Positions 34,851-46,264 of a stretch of 64,000 nucleotides of DNA are shown here, piece by piece. Numbering within the stretch: position 1 is the stretch's first letter; the number at the start of each line of letters is the position of its first letter. Source of the stretch: Macrostomum lignano (Eukaryota); contig NIVC01001811.1 of NCBI GenBank assembly GCA_002269645.1, forward strand, positions 248,001 through 312,000. The letters run 5' to 3'. Both the position numbers and the translations under genes were made by a program. The notes below the pieces were generated by a model that was not told the DNA's origin, did no database searches, and saw only the letters and a program-made list of their open reading frames with translations.

Positions 34851-35182
34851 ATATATTAGATATTAGACAAGCAAATGAGAACCCTGTGCAAATAGTAAAA
34901 GCGTGTCTGACATATTAAGCTTTTAGTCTATTTATTCTATTTAGCTCCATAAAAGAAAAGTTTCTTTTAGGGCCACGGCCGCCTTACCCCCCTCTGGCTA
35001 CGCCCCTGCTACAGAGCAATCCTATTTACTATTTACAGCCGGTCCGAGTACTGCAGGAAAAGAAGGCGATTTTTTGATCAGTTATTGTATATGTGTGCAC
35101 TAAATGACCAGCTTATTACAATGTATACTTATGTTATTAAATGTTCAACTATCATATCTAAAATCAATTGCAGAAACCAATG

Positions 35183-35396
35183 TATATAATATTAGACTCA
35201 CTGGGTCCAATCCGACGGCCAGTCGGCTGGCCCTGTCCAGCCGGTCACTCCAGCGGCCGGCGGCCCGACGCGCGTCGGCCAAGTCGCGATCGATGGCCCG
35301 ATGTTGGCCGGGTGTCGTCGGGCCGTAGGCGCCAGCCGCCAGGGCCACCGCCTCCGCCTCCACCTCCTTGACGGCCGCGGCCGCCAATTGCCACAT
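35183..35396 (-). CDS. Possible exon of an orphan gene (helical, Ala/Arg-rich)
   Basis: GC-rich open frame ending at CCA|GTGAGT. No partner exon was identified. Confidence 0.3.
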
Positions 35397-35685
35397 ACAA
35401 AAATATACTTACTGTCAACAACTAGCTATTAGGAGAGGAACTGATTAAGATAAAAATATCTGCTAGCTCCTTTTTTGCACTATTTCATATTCAGTCTTGT
35501 ATTGACTGGGATAGTTAAATTAATTGGAAAAATAATATTTACATCTAATCCAAAAAATACATAATCTGTTAATATGCTGCTGCTGCTGATGCTGTTATAA
35601 ATGCTATTATAGATGCTGTTGCTGCTTCTGTTGTTACTGCTAATACTGCTGCGAAAAAAATTTCGCTAACCAATCAAGAAAACAA

Positions 35686-35967
35686 TCAATCGCGTATGGG
35701 ATCACCTGTTAGATCTCGAACAGGCTCGCACGTCCCGTCACAGTCGTACGTCCCATATAGCGGATGCCCAACGCACAGCATCGTGACGAGTCGACCTTGC
35801 AACACGTGACCATGCCGAAGACGTCTCCGTACTTCGGGGTCGTACGCATTCACAGGGTCGTGACCAGCCAGAATGAGTAGTCTGTCTCGCCAATGGTGAC
35901 TCACTATCGATTGATACTTCTGGTTGACATTGAAGGTGTCCCCATTGATCAACCGTAGAAGCGGAAC
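35686..35967 (-). CDS. SF3 helicase gene, last exon (B'/C motif and Arg-finger region)
   Basis: TTTATCAG acceptor then VPLLRLINGDTFNVNQKY...RLLILAGHDP...YDPEVRRRL. Confidence 0.72.
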   Translation of the reverse strand, partial: VPLLRLINGDTFNVNQKYQSIVSHHWRDRLLILAGHDPVNAYDPEVRRRLRHGHVLQGRLVTMLCVGHPLYGTYDCDGTCEPVRDLTGDPIRD

Positions 35968-36074
35968 CTGATAAACAATACACATTCACGTACATCATTA
36001 TCAACAATATTGATAATTTACATTAATTTGTATAATTTATTATCAACAAGCTATATATGTACTAATTTACTCAC

Positions 36075-37455
36075 CATGGCGTCAGACTTAGGATCGAACA
36101 GCTCTGGTCGAACCTCGTCAATGAACATGACACGATGTACAGTGATGTCCAACGGATCGAATAGAAACGTGTTGGCTGTAGTTCGTGACGGGACTATATT
36201 GACAACACGAGTTTCACCGCAATGCGCAGCTACGCTATGAGTTTTGCCAACACCAGGTGGCCCCCATAGGTACACCACACCTTTACGTTGGCGAAGAGCT
36301 GCGCACACGGCTCGCATCGTTGGACATCCGCGTCGTTCATGTAGCGGTCTGTCGACATGTTATACATCAGCGTCGGCGGAAGCGGCGGCGACGGCGGCAT
36401 TGTTGGCGGGGGCGGCGGCGGTGGCGGCGTTGTCAGTGGCGGCGGCGGCGGCGTCGGCAGCAGCATTAGTCAGATTATTAGCGTCAGTCTCGCGTTCATT
36501 GGTCTGACTGTCAACACCAGTCGCGTTGTTGTCATCACTAGATACGTCGTGGATGGTGCGATCGCGTGTATGCCGATTTATAAAATGAGCACAACACGCA
36601 CAACCAGTGAGACGCTCTAGATTAATTCGACGTATCTTTTGTACGCGTTGAAATGGACGAATCATCTCGTGCTTACAAGAAACGTGGCGCATCAGAAAAT
36701 CGTCCTCTGGAGGTGGTGACTACTAATTCGCTATGATTTTCAATCCAATGATACGCTGACACGAGCATGCTACAGTCGGACATATTTACATTACGTAGCA
36801 TGGCGCCGCCATCGTGTCTTGTAACTGAGGCTAACGCATTCTTGAAATTTCGGACGCCGGCGATAAGGATTCGGCAATTGGTGTCGCTTACTATATATAC
36901 TGTATATTCGGGTCTGTAGACAGTATCTGGTGAATGATGGTATATAACTGGTAGCCAGACATGTTGCGTGGTGTTCGCATGTACAACGTAACTCCGCACT
37001 AGTTATAATCCAGATCGTCTTCGGCCACATGCTTAGATTGCCTGTGACGATTAAGTGTCTTATGTATCAGTTCATCGTCATCCAGCATGTTGGGCGAATT
37101 TCCGGTTAGATTGGCGACAACAAGTGCATTACAGTGACCGCGCAATGCCATGCAGAGTCGCACTTTAAGCTGGTCAGCATCAAGCACACCGGACAGTTCC
37201 ACGACGTGGTGTATCTGAGTGCGTAACGGTCTTCGCTTGAAAACGCGTTAAGTGGTTCGACGTCCCGATTTCTATGGAAACGTATTGGCCCGGAGGCTAG
37301 TGCATATCCGGGTTGTACATCCCTTGGGACAGTCGGACGCGCGTTTCTATTGGCATACGCGGCGGTGTTAGCGGCTAGATTGGCTGCAGCAGTCAAACTG
37401 ATGTCATCGACAGACAACTGTGTCAGCGATTGACTACTGATTGACAATGAGTCAT

Positions 37456-37499
<44 letters not shown>

Positions 37500-37975
37500 G
37501 GTGTCATAGTCGCTGCCAACTCAGCCGTCGCCGCCGCCGCCGCCGACTCATTCGCCGCATCGCTAGTCGTCGCAGCCGCCTCCAAACCAGGTGTCGCGTC
37601 TGGTACAGTCAGCGACGCACCTGTTGTTGATGGCGACTGTACAAGCTTTGCCCTCGCCTCATCCCTCGCTCGTATCGCCGCCAATGTCCTGTCTTTCATT
37701 GTCGCCGCATTCGCCGCTGCTGCCGCCGCAATCGAGACAGACGCCTGGCGTGACAATGCGTGCGCCCGGATACGATCGGTCGTATGCGAACTAACAGAAC
37801 TGCTAGAGTCACTGCCGCTAGACAATCTCGTCCGAATTGGTCCACGGACGTATGATTTGGTCGTCAGATTGGGCGCGCCTATTGTACTGGACGCATCAGA
37901 CTGCTGCGTATCGTCTGGCAACTGTCCAGTGTGTCGTTGATAGGGCGACGGAATTGCGCTCGACAACTGTGACAA
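36075..37975 (-). pseudogene. SF3 helicase gene, upstream part (frameshifts, one premature TAA); Walker A and B
   Basis: VYLWGPPGVGKT and VMFIDE, with ATG|GTGAGT donor at 36075/36074. 36720-36075 is one frame with a single TAA at 36360. Upstream ORF pieces abut with single-base shifts. Confidence 0.7.
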
Positions 37976-38160
37976 ATATGTATCTGATACAATTTCGCGT
38001 CGGAGCGCATTATCTGTTGACGTCGCCTTTTACGACACGGTTTTGCTCGTCGGCGAAGCAAACGACGCGCCATCTTGAACACGCGGCCCTGTGATAATTA
38101 TTTGAAAAAAGGCGCTTATTTATACATTTAAACCAAACAATAATTGTTTCATTCAACAAG

Positions 38161-38197
<37 letters not shown>

Positions 38198-38317
38198 TCA
38201 AATGCGCATGTATAACAGATCTGTGTCTATCAATCAGTTGAACTAGTTAAGCTTAGATATATCGATTAAATATAATCGCTTTCCACTTACTTTTACTGCC
38301 ATTATTGGAGGCCGATT

Positions 38318-39384
38318 CTACATCGCGCATGTCATCATCGTCGCGTAATAACTGACTGTTGACCGACGAGATAGACACGTTGATGAAGTCACTCGCCGCG
38401 ACGGACGCTTGTTTTGGAGTCGATGCTCGACAAAACTCGTCAATGAGGTCGAGATTGTTGCAACTGGAGAAAATGTGGCTACAATTCCGGTCGCATGTTC
38501 ATCCACGTCTATAGTGCTGTCACGCAACATAAACGGTGTATGAGCGGACACATCTGGCGTAGGAGTGTGCGACTTTGACAATGTCGATGGTTCAACAGCA
38601 GCCTCAGCATCAACAGTCTCGGCATCAGCAGCCTCAGCATCAACGACATCAACAGCATCGGTAAAAGCAGCAGCAGCAGCAGCAGCATTATCAGCATCAG
38701 CAGCAGCAGCATTATCAGCATCAGCAGCAGCAGCATTAGAATCTGCTGCTTCAGCAGCAGTAGCAACAGCAACAGCAGCGTCGGCATCAGCAGCAGCAGC
38801 AGCAGCAGTAGTAGTAGCGTTGGCATCGTCACCGTCCATGGTGGCCTCGCGAGCTTCTTGCACTTCAGCTGCATCGTTTGCACTGCCTGCCGACGTACTA
38901 TTCTATGTATGCACCAGTTTGTCGTACAAGTTGTTGACAATGTCCATAAGCGAAACGGTGCTGTTCGTTTAGCAGCATCTCCACAACCTGTAACAGTATT
39001 CAGGTGCTGTATCAGCAACAAAAGCAACAACCTGGTCGCCTTCGTCTTGCTTTTTGTCGATGATTGTTCGACCAGACAAGGCGTCGGCGCTTGTACTCGA
39101 TTCTGCTGCCGACAGTTGTTGATCCGGTCGCAGTCTCGTTCCGTCCATACTCAAGTCGAGAGGCTGCACCTGCTCAGCATATTGCAGTCGCTCGTCTTCG
39201 GTGTTTTACGAGTCTTTGTCGACATTCACAACAGCTGCGTCGGTGGTGGCGATGGCACGCATTTTAAGATCTAATGGTTGATCATAGATGGCAGCCGAGT
39301 GCACACTAAGATCCATCGGTAGATCTTGATCAGCAACAGCGGTAGCTGTAGCAGCAGCAGTAGCAGCAATGTCGTCAACGTTGT
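38318..39384 (-). pseudogene. Orphan gene with three CtBP-type PxDLS motifs (3' part; 5' part at 43847-43898)
   Basis: One frame with three premature stops. PMDLS 39319-39305, PLDLK 39277-39263, PLDLS 39163-39149. It rejoins ATG 43898 in frame once the LINE and one TSD copy are removed. Confidence 0.7.
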
Positions 39385-39427
39385 TGTTGCTGTTGTGTGT
39401 GTGTGTGTGTGCCTCGGACCGGAGCTC

Positions 39428-42400
39428 TCAGGTGATCCACTGCGGGTGGGCCACCCTCAAGAACCCTATCACCATGTTCTCCTCGCGCAGATCCTTCAGT
39501 TCACGCAGACCAGTGTGCTGCCGAAGCCCGTCCCAACGCGCGCACGACCACCAGTGGTCTTTATCTTCTATGTCACCGCAGTCCTCGCAAACGCCTTCTG
39601 CTTCCAGACCAATCTTCTGCCTCCAGTACTTAGTGAGTCTGCAGTGACCAGACCTGAGCTGGGCTAAGATGGAAGCAACTTTCCTGCCACATTCCGCGCG
39701 TTCAATCCCACCACCGTACACCGAGCGCAGACGGGGGTCATTTATGCAGGGCCTCCACCGGTGCTTCAGGTGTCTGCGTAACGCCTCAAACTCAACGGCC
39801 GTCTGCCCTTGGGGCAAGAGCGCTGCCTGCTTTGCCAGCTCGTCGGCCCTCTCATTTCCAGCGATGCTGCAGTGGCCTGGGATCCACTGGAGGGTGATGC
39901 TGCACCATACACTCGTCCTCCTGAGCCTGTCAATCAAGTTAAATTGGCTCCTGTTTCCAGTGACCCTCTCGGTACCGGTGGCCAAGACGGCGGACTTGCT
40001 GTCAGTCAGGATGAGAGCGCTACTTGGCCTCAGCTCTTCCACAAGATCTAGCGCCAGGTGCAAAGCCGTTCTTTCCGCGATAAGGGAGCTACAGAATTCG
40101 CCCGCTGCAGCTAACTTGCAGTACTCACGTTCATCGCACCAGGCGACACAGGCCGCTCCTCCGTTCCTTCCGTTTCCGTCTACAGAGCCGTCCGTGAAGA
40201 TTTTCAACTCGACCTGACCTCTTTCCTGGATGGTTCGAGCCGCGTCTTCTGCGATGTCTTCATCACCCTTCTTGGCATTGCCGGATAGGTCGGGAAACAA
40301 CCCGACCCCGTCGAGTCTGAGCCTTCTCCAAGGGGGGTGCCTTTTCCTCATGAATTCCTCCCTGGGAGCCTCGCTGATGGATCTACTTTCATACCTCGCT
40401 TGCTCGCGCCATCCCTTATTTGCCTTAAGTCTCCTGGGGAGGACGATGTCGCACATATCACGCTTGAGGCTGGGTCGGGGCTCGCGCTCAGCTTTCTCCC
40501 ATTCGAGAACGCAGCGCAGGATCGCTTTTTCGGAAATGGGCGGGATTCCTGTTTCCAGGTGAACCGCTTCCACCGGCGTTGATTTCACGAGCCCAGCTGT
40601 CAGACGGAGGGCTTCACGCTGCGCCCGCTCGATCTTTTGAACGTTGGTCTTCGAAATCCAGGGTAACCAAGCTGCCGCGGCGTACCAAACGCAGCTCTCA
40701 ACGATCGCAGAGTAAACTTTCTTGAGACTCTCCGCCTGCCAGCCCCATTCCGTATTGGCCACCGCCTTGAGAACCCTGCTTCTTCGGCGCATTTTATCGA
40801 CCACGGCGTCCGTGTGTTCCTGGAAATTGAGGCCACGGTCGATGCGCACTCCCAGGTACTTAAGCGAGACTTTCCCCGCGATCTCCTTTCCGCTAATCCA
40901 GAGCTTCGGGTGGCGATTTTTGTCTTTCGTGGACTTGCTGAAGAGGCAGGATTCGCACTTCCCTGGGTTCAGCTCAATTTTAAGGCCATCCGCCCAGCCG
41001 CCGATCTTATCCAGCGCACGCTGCAGGCGTTTAGTGATCTCCTCGGTGTCATCTCCGCTGCACCAGACTGCCAGGTCATCCGCGAAGCCGCCGTACTGCA
41101 CTCCCTCCTCTTTCACACCGGTCCAACCATTTACATACAGGAGGAACAGAACAGGGGAGCTCACCGCGCCCTGCGGGAGACCTTCCTGGAGGCGTCTGTA
41201 TTTGCTGTTGCCGTCCCCGGCACGGACTCTGGCTTGTCTTCCTTCCAAGAAGCTAGCAAACCACCTTGTGATCCTGGCTGGGACGCCCTCCTCCATCATT
41301 CTCTCAAGGAGTTTCACTCTCCAAACTTTTTCGAACGCTTTCGAACAGTCCAATGTCACGGCCAGAGTTTTTTTTGGTTTTTTGCTCTCCCAGCCGTCTT
41401 GAATGTGCTGCACAAGCCTGAGCACCTGTTCCTCGGTGCTTCTGCCCCTCTGGAAGCCGGCTTGCCAGGGCTGAATGATGTTATTCTCCTCCAGCCAGAA
41501 GTACAACCTGTTCACGACCATCCTTTCCATGAGCTTGGCGCAGACCGGAGTTAGGCTGACCGGTCTGTAGGATTCCTTCGCCGCTGGGTCTTTGCCGGGT
41601 TTAAGCAACGGAACGATTTCCGCTTTCTTCCAGGACCCAGGGCATAGCTCATCTGCCCAGCTTCTGTTGAAAACATCCAACCGTCTCTGACGGCCTACTA
41701 CGGAGAGGTTTTTAAGAAGCCGAACTTCAACTCCGTCAACTCCCCCCTTCTTCGTTGGGTCCATCAGCTTGAGCGCATCATCCATCTCATCCATAACGAA
41801 TGGTGTGTCAAACTCCTGGTGCGCGTTATAGGCTCTTAGTCTTCTAGCCACCTCCACCCGCTTGACCCGGTCCGCCTTCCCGATCTTGACCTTACTGTTA
41901 TCAGCGTACATGCTAACGAACACAGCCGCCTTTTCGACATCCGATCTGGCTTCGCGCCCTTTGTCAGCTAAAATTTGGTTAGGCGGGGCAGTATCTCTAG
42001 CTGAGTACAGTGATTTGATGGTACTCCAGGTCTTCTTCCCGTCGTCGTTTTCTTTAAGGCTTTCCACATGTTCGGCCCAGAAGGACCGCTTCTTTTCCCT
42101 GATTTTAGCCTCCAGGTTCCTGTTTACCTCCAACCACTTTTCTCTGCTGACAGTCGTGCTTCTAGAGCAGTTGTCCCGCTCATTCTGCAGAGCGCTCAGT
42201 TCATCGTCCCAAAAAGGTTTGTACTTTCCTCCCACTTTCTTCTTAGGGATGCTCAACTCCGCCGCCTTGACCATGGCTGCACTCAGCCCTCTGACCTCGG
42301 CTGCTAACTCGGTCCTTGGCACTTTCTCGAACAGATCATCCGCATTACGTTGGAACTCCGAGAAGTCCGCTTTCTTCCACGCCCAGTTTAGCTTGGTCTT

Positions 42401-43812
42401 CTTTTGCCGGATTTCTCTCCTGGTAGCCACGGTGACCAGGATGGGGAGATGGTCTGAGCCGAGACCTTCGAGGGTTTTCCACTCGCAGCGCTCCGCCAGC
42501 TCTCCCGCCGCCAACGAAATGTCCGGGACGCTGGTCCGTCCTGTACGCCAATCCACGCGCGTCGCGGCTCCATCGTTTAGGATCCTGTAGTCAAATTCTT
42601 CGCACCAGGATTCCAGCTCTAAAGCCTCCCTTCTGCTGTCTCTTCCTTGGTCGTCGCAGCTTCCCCAGCTTCTGCTGTGTAGGTTTAAGTCGCCGAGAAT
42701 CAGCTCTCTTCTGTCTGGTTTAAGCCAGCTCCAGACACTATCATCCTCCCTGTCGTCACTGCCTTCGACAGTGCGCACAGGGGGGCGGTAAACATTAGTG
42801 ATGACACACCTTTCCTTCCTGTTAACGTCCACGATCACGCGGCAGCCCTCCGTGGTAGTGCCTTTCCAGCCTGTCCAGCGCTTGAAAGGAAGATTGTGCT
42901 TGATCAGGGTGATCAGGCCTCCCCCTTTAGACTTATCGCTTCTGCGGATCTCCACCCTGTCCTTCCGGGCGGTGGTGTAGCCGGCGAAGCGGGGGTTGGC
43001 GACTCGCTGTCAAGTTTAGATTCCTGAATGACAGCCACGTCAATGTCATGCGCTTTCAGAAACCGCTCAAGCTCCACTTTCTTATTTCTAATGCCATCGG
43101 CGTTCCATTGCAGAATCCTCAGGTTTTCCCTCCGGGCGCTCGACCAGCCCTCGCCGGCCGGGTTTCTGGTCTCTTCCTTATCCACGGCGATATTATCGGT
43201 TCTGGCTCTTTCCAACTTGTCTGAGCACATCTGGCAGGTCCAAAGGCCTTTTTTAATTTCACCGTCGATTTGAGCTCTGCTGGCTCCAGTACACTTGTTA
43301 TGGAACAGTTCGTCACATCTAGTGCACCGCGCAATAACCTTAGTGACCTTGAGCTTGCCTCCACAGCCAGGCTTAGCACATCTGCTACCCTTCTCGATCC
43401 TCTCGATGCAGCGTTTTCTTCTCTCCTCAGCCGCCGCGGCATCTTCCGCCAACCAATCCTCCTGCTGAGAGCATCCGCCGCACTTCCAATCCTTCTTTCC
43501 TTCTCTCGCTTTGCTCTGGCCCGCTCTAGTCAAGCCTGTGCAGCTGCCGTGGACTTCGTTACCGCAGCCGACGCAGCGGACCGGGTTTTGGCCCCTAGTG
43601 ATGTTTTTTCCACATCTGGCGCACGGGCCAGGGTTGGGTTCCACATCGCCGTCCCTGTCAAGCCGCTCAGTTCTCCAGCCTCTCCTGTCTTCCTGCGCGT
43701 TGGTAGCGGGTTTCGCAGCATACCCTTCCAATCTCTTCCACCCTCTCTTATCATGGTGAACATGGTGATCCGCGTTACTCCGGGTGTTCGTATCCAAATT
43801 AGGAACTCTCAT
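39428..43812 (-). CDS. LINE polyprotein: 2A peptide, two PHD fingers, APE, RT, RNase H, C-terminal CCHC (one -1 frameshift at 42991-42995)
   Basis: DVEPNPGP; CARC...HGSC...WKC; LRILQWNADG; GDLNLH; LGSDHLP; GLPQGAVSSP; FADD; IFTDGS...WIPGH...NERAD. One extra base in a G5 run restores one 1462-codon frame. Confidence 0.9.
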
Positions 43813-43846
43813 CCGCCGCGAAGAGGCCCCCAGAGTGTAGGACGAG
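43777..43846 (-). ncRNA. HDV-like self-cleaving ribozyme at the LINE 5' end
   Basis: P1 CUCGUCC/GGAUGAG, P2 ACUCUGGG/CCCGGAGU, P3 GCC/GGC, L3 UCUUCGC, P1.1 CU/AG, short P4 UCC/GGA, J4/2 CGAA. P1 starts exactly at the TSD boundary. Confidence 0.8.
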
Positions 43847-43898
43847 TGTTGCTGTTGTTGTTGTTGATGATGATGCTGATGTTGTTGTTCTGTTGCAT
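43847..43898 (-). pseudogene. 5' end of the PxDLS gene, separated by the LINE
   Basis: ATG 43898 (MQQNNNISIIINNNNSN) is in frame with 39384 onward. Confidence 0.65.
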
Positions 43899-44152
43899 AT
43901 TGTAATAGATAGATGGATAGAATATTGAATAAAGATTTAGAGAATCAAAAATTTAATCAATCTGATTGAGTTCTAACTAGTTGAGCTTTAAGTAAGAAGC
44001 TACTGTCAAAAATTAATCAGATATATGTCTATGGTTTAACAAACTCTGGCCATAGGCTGTTCAGTTTGTACAGTGCACACTTGACAAATCGAGCGCGTAC
44101 GTATCTATGAGTTTTATAGCTAGTACGATACTGGATTGGAATCTTTTATACG

Positions 44153-44404
44153 TTAATAGGCAATACCATTTGCAAAGATGGGATGCAACTGACTAACAAA
44201 CAATTGTCTATGGTCCAACATGTGATAATTCCGCTCCAGATCATTGATTATAGCAGTCCATGGAGCGTATGCGCACTGTATAGAAACTTGTGTCTTTGGA
44301 TCGAATGAGAATTTGTCAATTTCAATCATTGCTAGGTACAGTTTAAAATTGAGCATTTGGAGGTTGAATGAAACAGTAGTAGCTGCACTTGTATACTGAA
44401 TCAA
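44153..44404 (-). CDS. Possible orphan gene fragment
   Basis: Protein-like 83-codon frame in otherwise AT-rich spacer; no paralogue in the window. Confidence 0.25.
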   Translation of the reverse strand: MIQYTSAATTVSFNLQMLNFKLYLAMIEIDKFSFDPKTQVSIQCAYAPWTAIINDLERNYHMLDHRQLFVSQLHPIFANGIAY

Positions 44405-45020
44405 TTAATGAATGGTCTATGTCTTAAACTGATTTACTACTGCCTACAAGATTGCAGTTGTTGAATCAAAAGTTGTCTATGTCATTAACAATCTAATATC
44501 TACGATTTTTTTTTGAGTACAAAACAGTTGTACCTATGCTAAAATATGTACAATCTATACAATAATCGAAAGTTATTGTTACCAATTACAAGTATCATGT
44601 GTCAGCACGCACACAATCACTCAACATACCCGTATCACGTTCGCATACCCGGTCGTATTCTCAATCACAGTCTAATTCTCGTTCTCATTGTCTAGAATTT
44701 TAGTATATTGTAGTTATTCTAATATGCATAGATATATTTATTGAAAATTTATTGAATACAAACAAATCTTATCTAAAACACAACTAATAAACCATACGTA
44801 ATACATCAACAATGTCAATATTATCAAAGTATAATGTTAAATCACGAACATTAAAATGAACTTATTATTTGATCTGATAATTATTTAATGTATTATTTAT
44901 TAATTAATCAATCAACAAATCAATCAATCGATCAAACAGATACGCGGCCTGATCGGGACGGACAGCAGACAACAGCAGACGCGAGCGACTGTAACAGTTC
45001 GAGCGACCATCTGCGAGTAT

Positions 45021-45885
45021 TTAGTCGGTGGATCGACGCGAACGCCATCTACGATACAGACGCGTCCAGGTGCAAGTGCGATGAACGCCGCTTGGTCGGC
45101 ACATATCCACCTAACAGGCGACTGACCGAAGATCGTTGGCAAAGCTGGACTCCTCTAGCAGATTGCCATCGGAGTCACACAGTGACATGGACGGTTCGGC
45201 TTGTCCAACTGGACTAACTAACACTTCGACCGGTGCACATTTATCGACATCGCCCAGACGGAGTGTCGCCTCGAATTCCTCACACGCGGCGACAAGCTCG
45301 AGTCTTGCCAACCGACTGGTCGATATTGTCATCGACAGCATTATTGCGCATAGAAGCATAATAAGCTGCTTCTATGGCGTTACAATCGGCCAGCGTCTCC
45401 GAGTCAAACATGTCGGCGTCGGTGTCGATGTTGATTGCATCTTGCCTGATTGTATGCTTTGACGCAGGTTCAACATCGACAGACTCGACCGCATCGTGAG
45501 CACCATATGTCGCGGCACAGTCACTGATGATCGAGTGTCGCCGTTTACGCGAATTAGACGGTACTGACACAGCAACGCTAGTTACGATCGCATTCGCCGT
45601 GAACAGATCGCCGTCTAACATGCGCATTGCTTGATTGAGCTGTTCAGCCCAATCAATCCCGGCCGACTGTAGTGTGGACACGGCATGTCTGGCCTCGGCA
45701 TGCGATGCAGTCGATTGTTGCTGTATTAGACGCTGCTCGACGGATTCGCACGCAACGACCATGTCCGCGTCGGTGACGTCATTGGCCCAATCGAGATCAC
45801 CGGCAGTCTTCGATTGACACAGTTGCTGTTCGTGTCGCTGTTGTTGCTGCTGCTGTTGATGATTTTGGTGATTGTCGCCCGACAT
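45021..45885 (-). pseudogene. Orphan family B copy 2
   Basis: MSGDNHQ... start as in copy 1, frameshifting deletion near 45300, premature TAG at 45111, conserved C-terminus. Confidence 0.72.
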
Positions 45886-46194
45886 GTTGAAGACCGTTAA
45901 TATATGTTTTATTGTAATAATACGCAACAATTGATTTTAATAAGTATAACTGTTGGTATCGTAATTGTGAAGGACTTGCAGCATAAAACATTTGCCGCGT
46001 CTGAGTGTAGCCTGTTCTCGATGAAATTGTATCTATGGTAGAATGCACTAATCAGTCGATAGGTTTATAATTAATTAATTACACTATTAGTAAAATTTAT
46101 TAGTTAGAATAATGTTTATATAAAATCGACTATTCTGTTAAGACCATTGCATGTGGAGCTGTTTATTTTTATGCATAAAAAACAGACTGACATG

Positions 46195-46197
<3 letters not shown>

Positions 46198-46260
<63 letters not shown>
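46198..46260. repeat. (CT)n microsatellite
   Basis: About 30 CT units. Confidence 0.95.

Positions 46261-46264
<4 letters not shown>

Larger units (their letters stand above)
39397..43846 (-). mobile_element. Full-length Ingi/I-group-like non-LTR retrotransposon
   Basis: 12-bp TSD TGTTGCTGTTGT (39385-39396, 43847-43858), (CA)n 3' tail, 5' ribozyme-like fold and a single long ORF. Confidence 0.93.

Noticed and set aside
34194-34852. QPNASAKRVS-repeat ORFs
   Set aside because: By-products of the 13-bp minisatellite.
36673-37202. HUH endonuclease motif upstream of the SF3 helicase
   Set aside because: His residues are present but no convincing HUH plus catalytic Tyr pattern, so the gene is not called a Rep/NS1 orthologue.
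39669-42590. Several long plus-strand ORFs
   Set aside because: Antisense shadows of the GC-rich LINE ORF.
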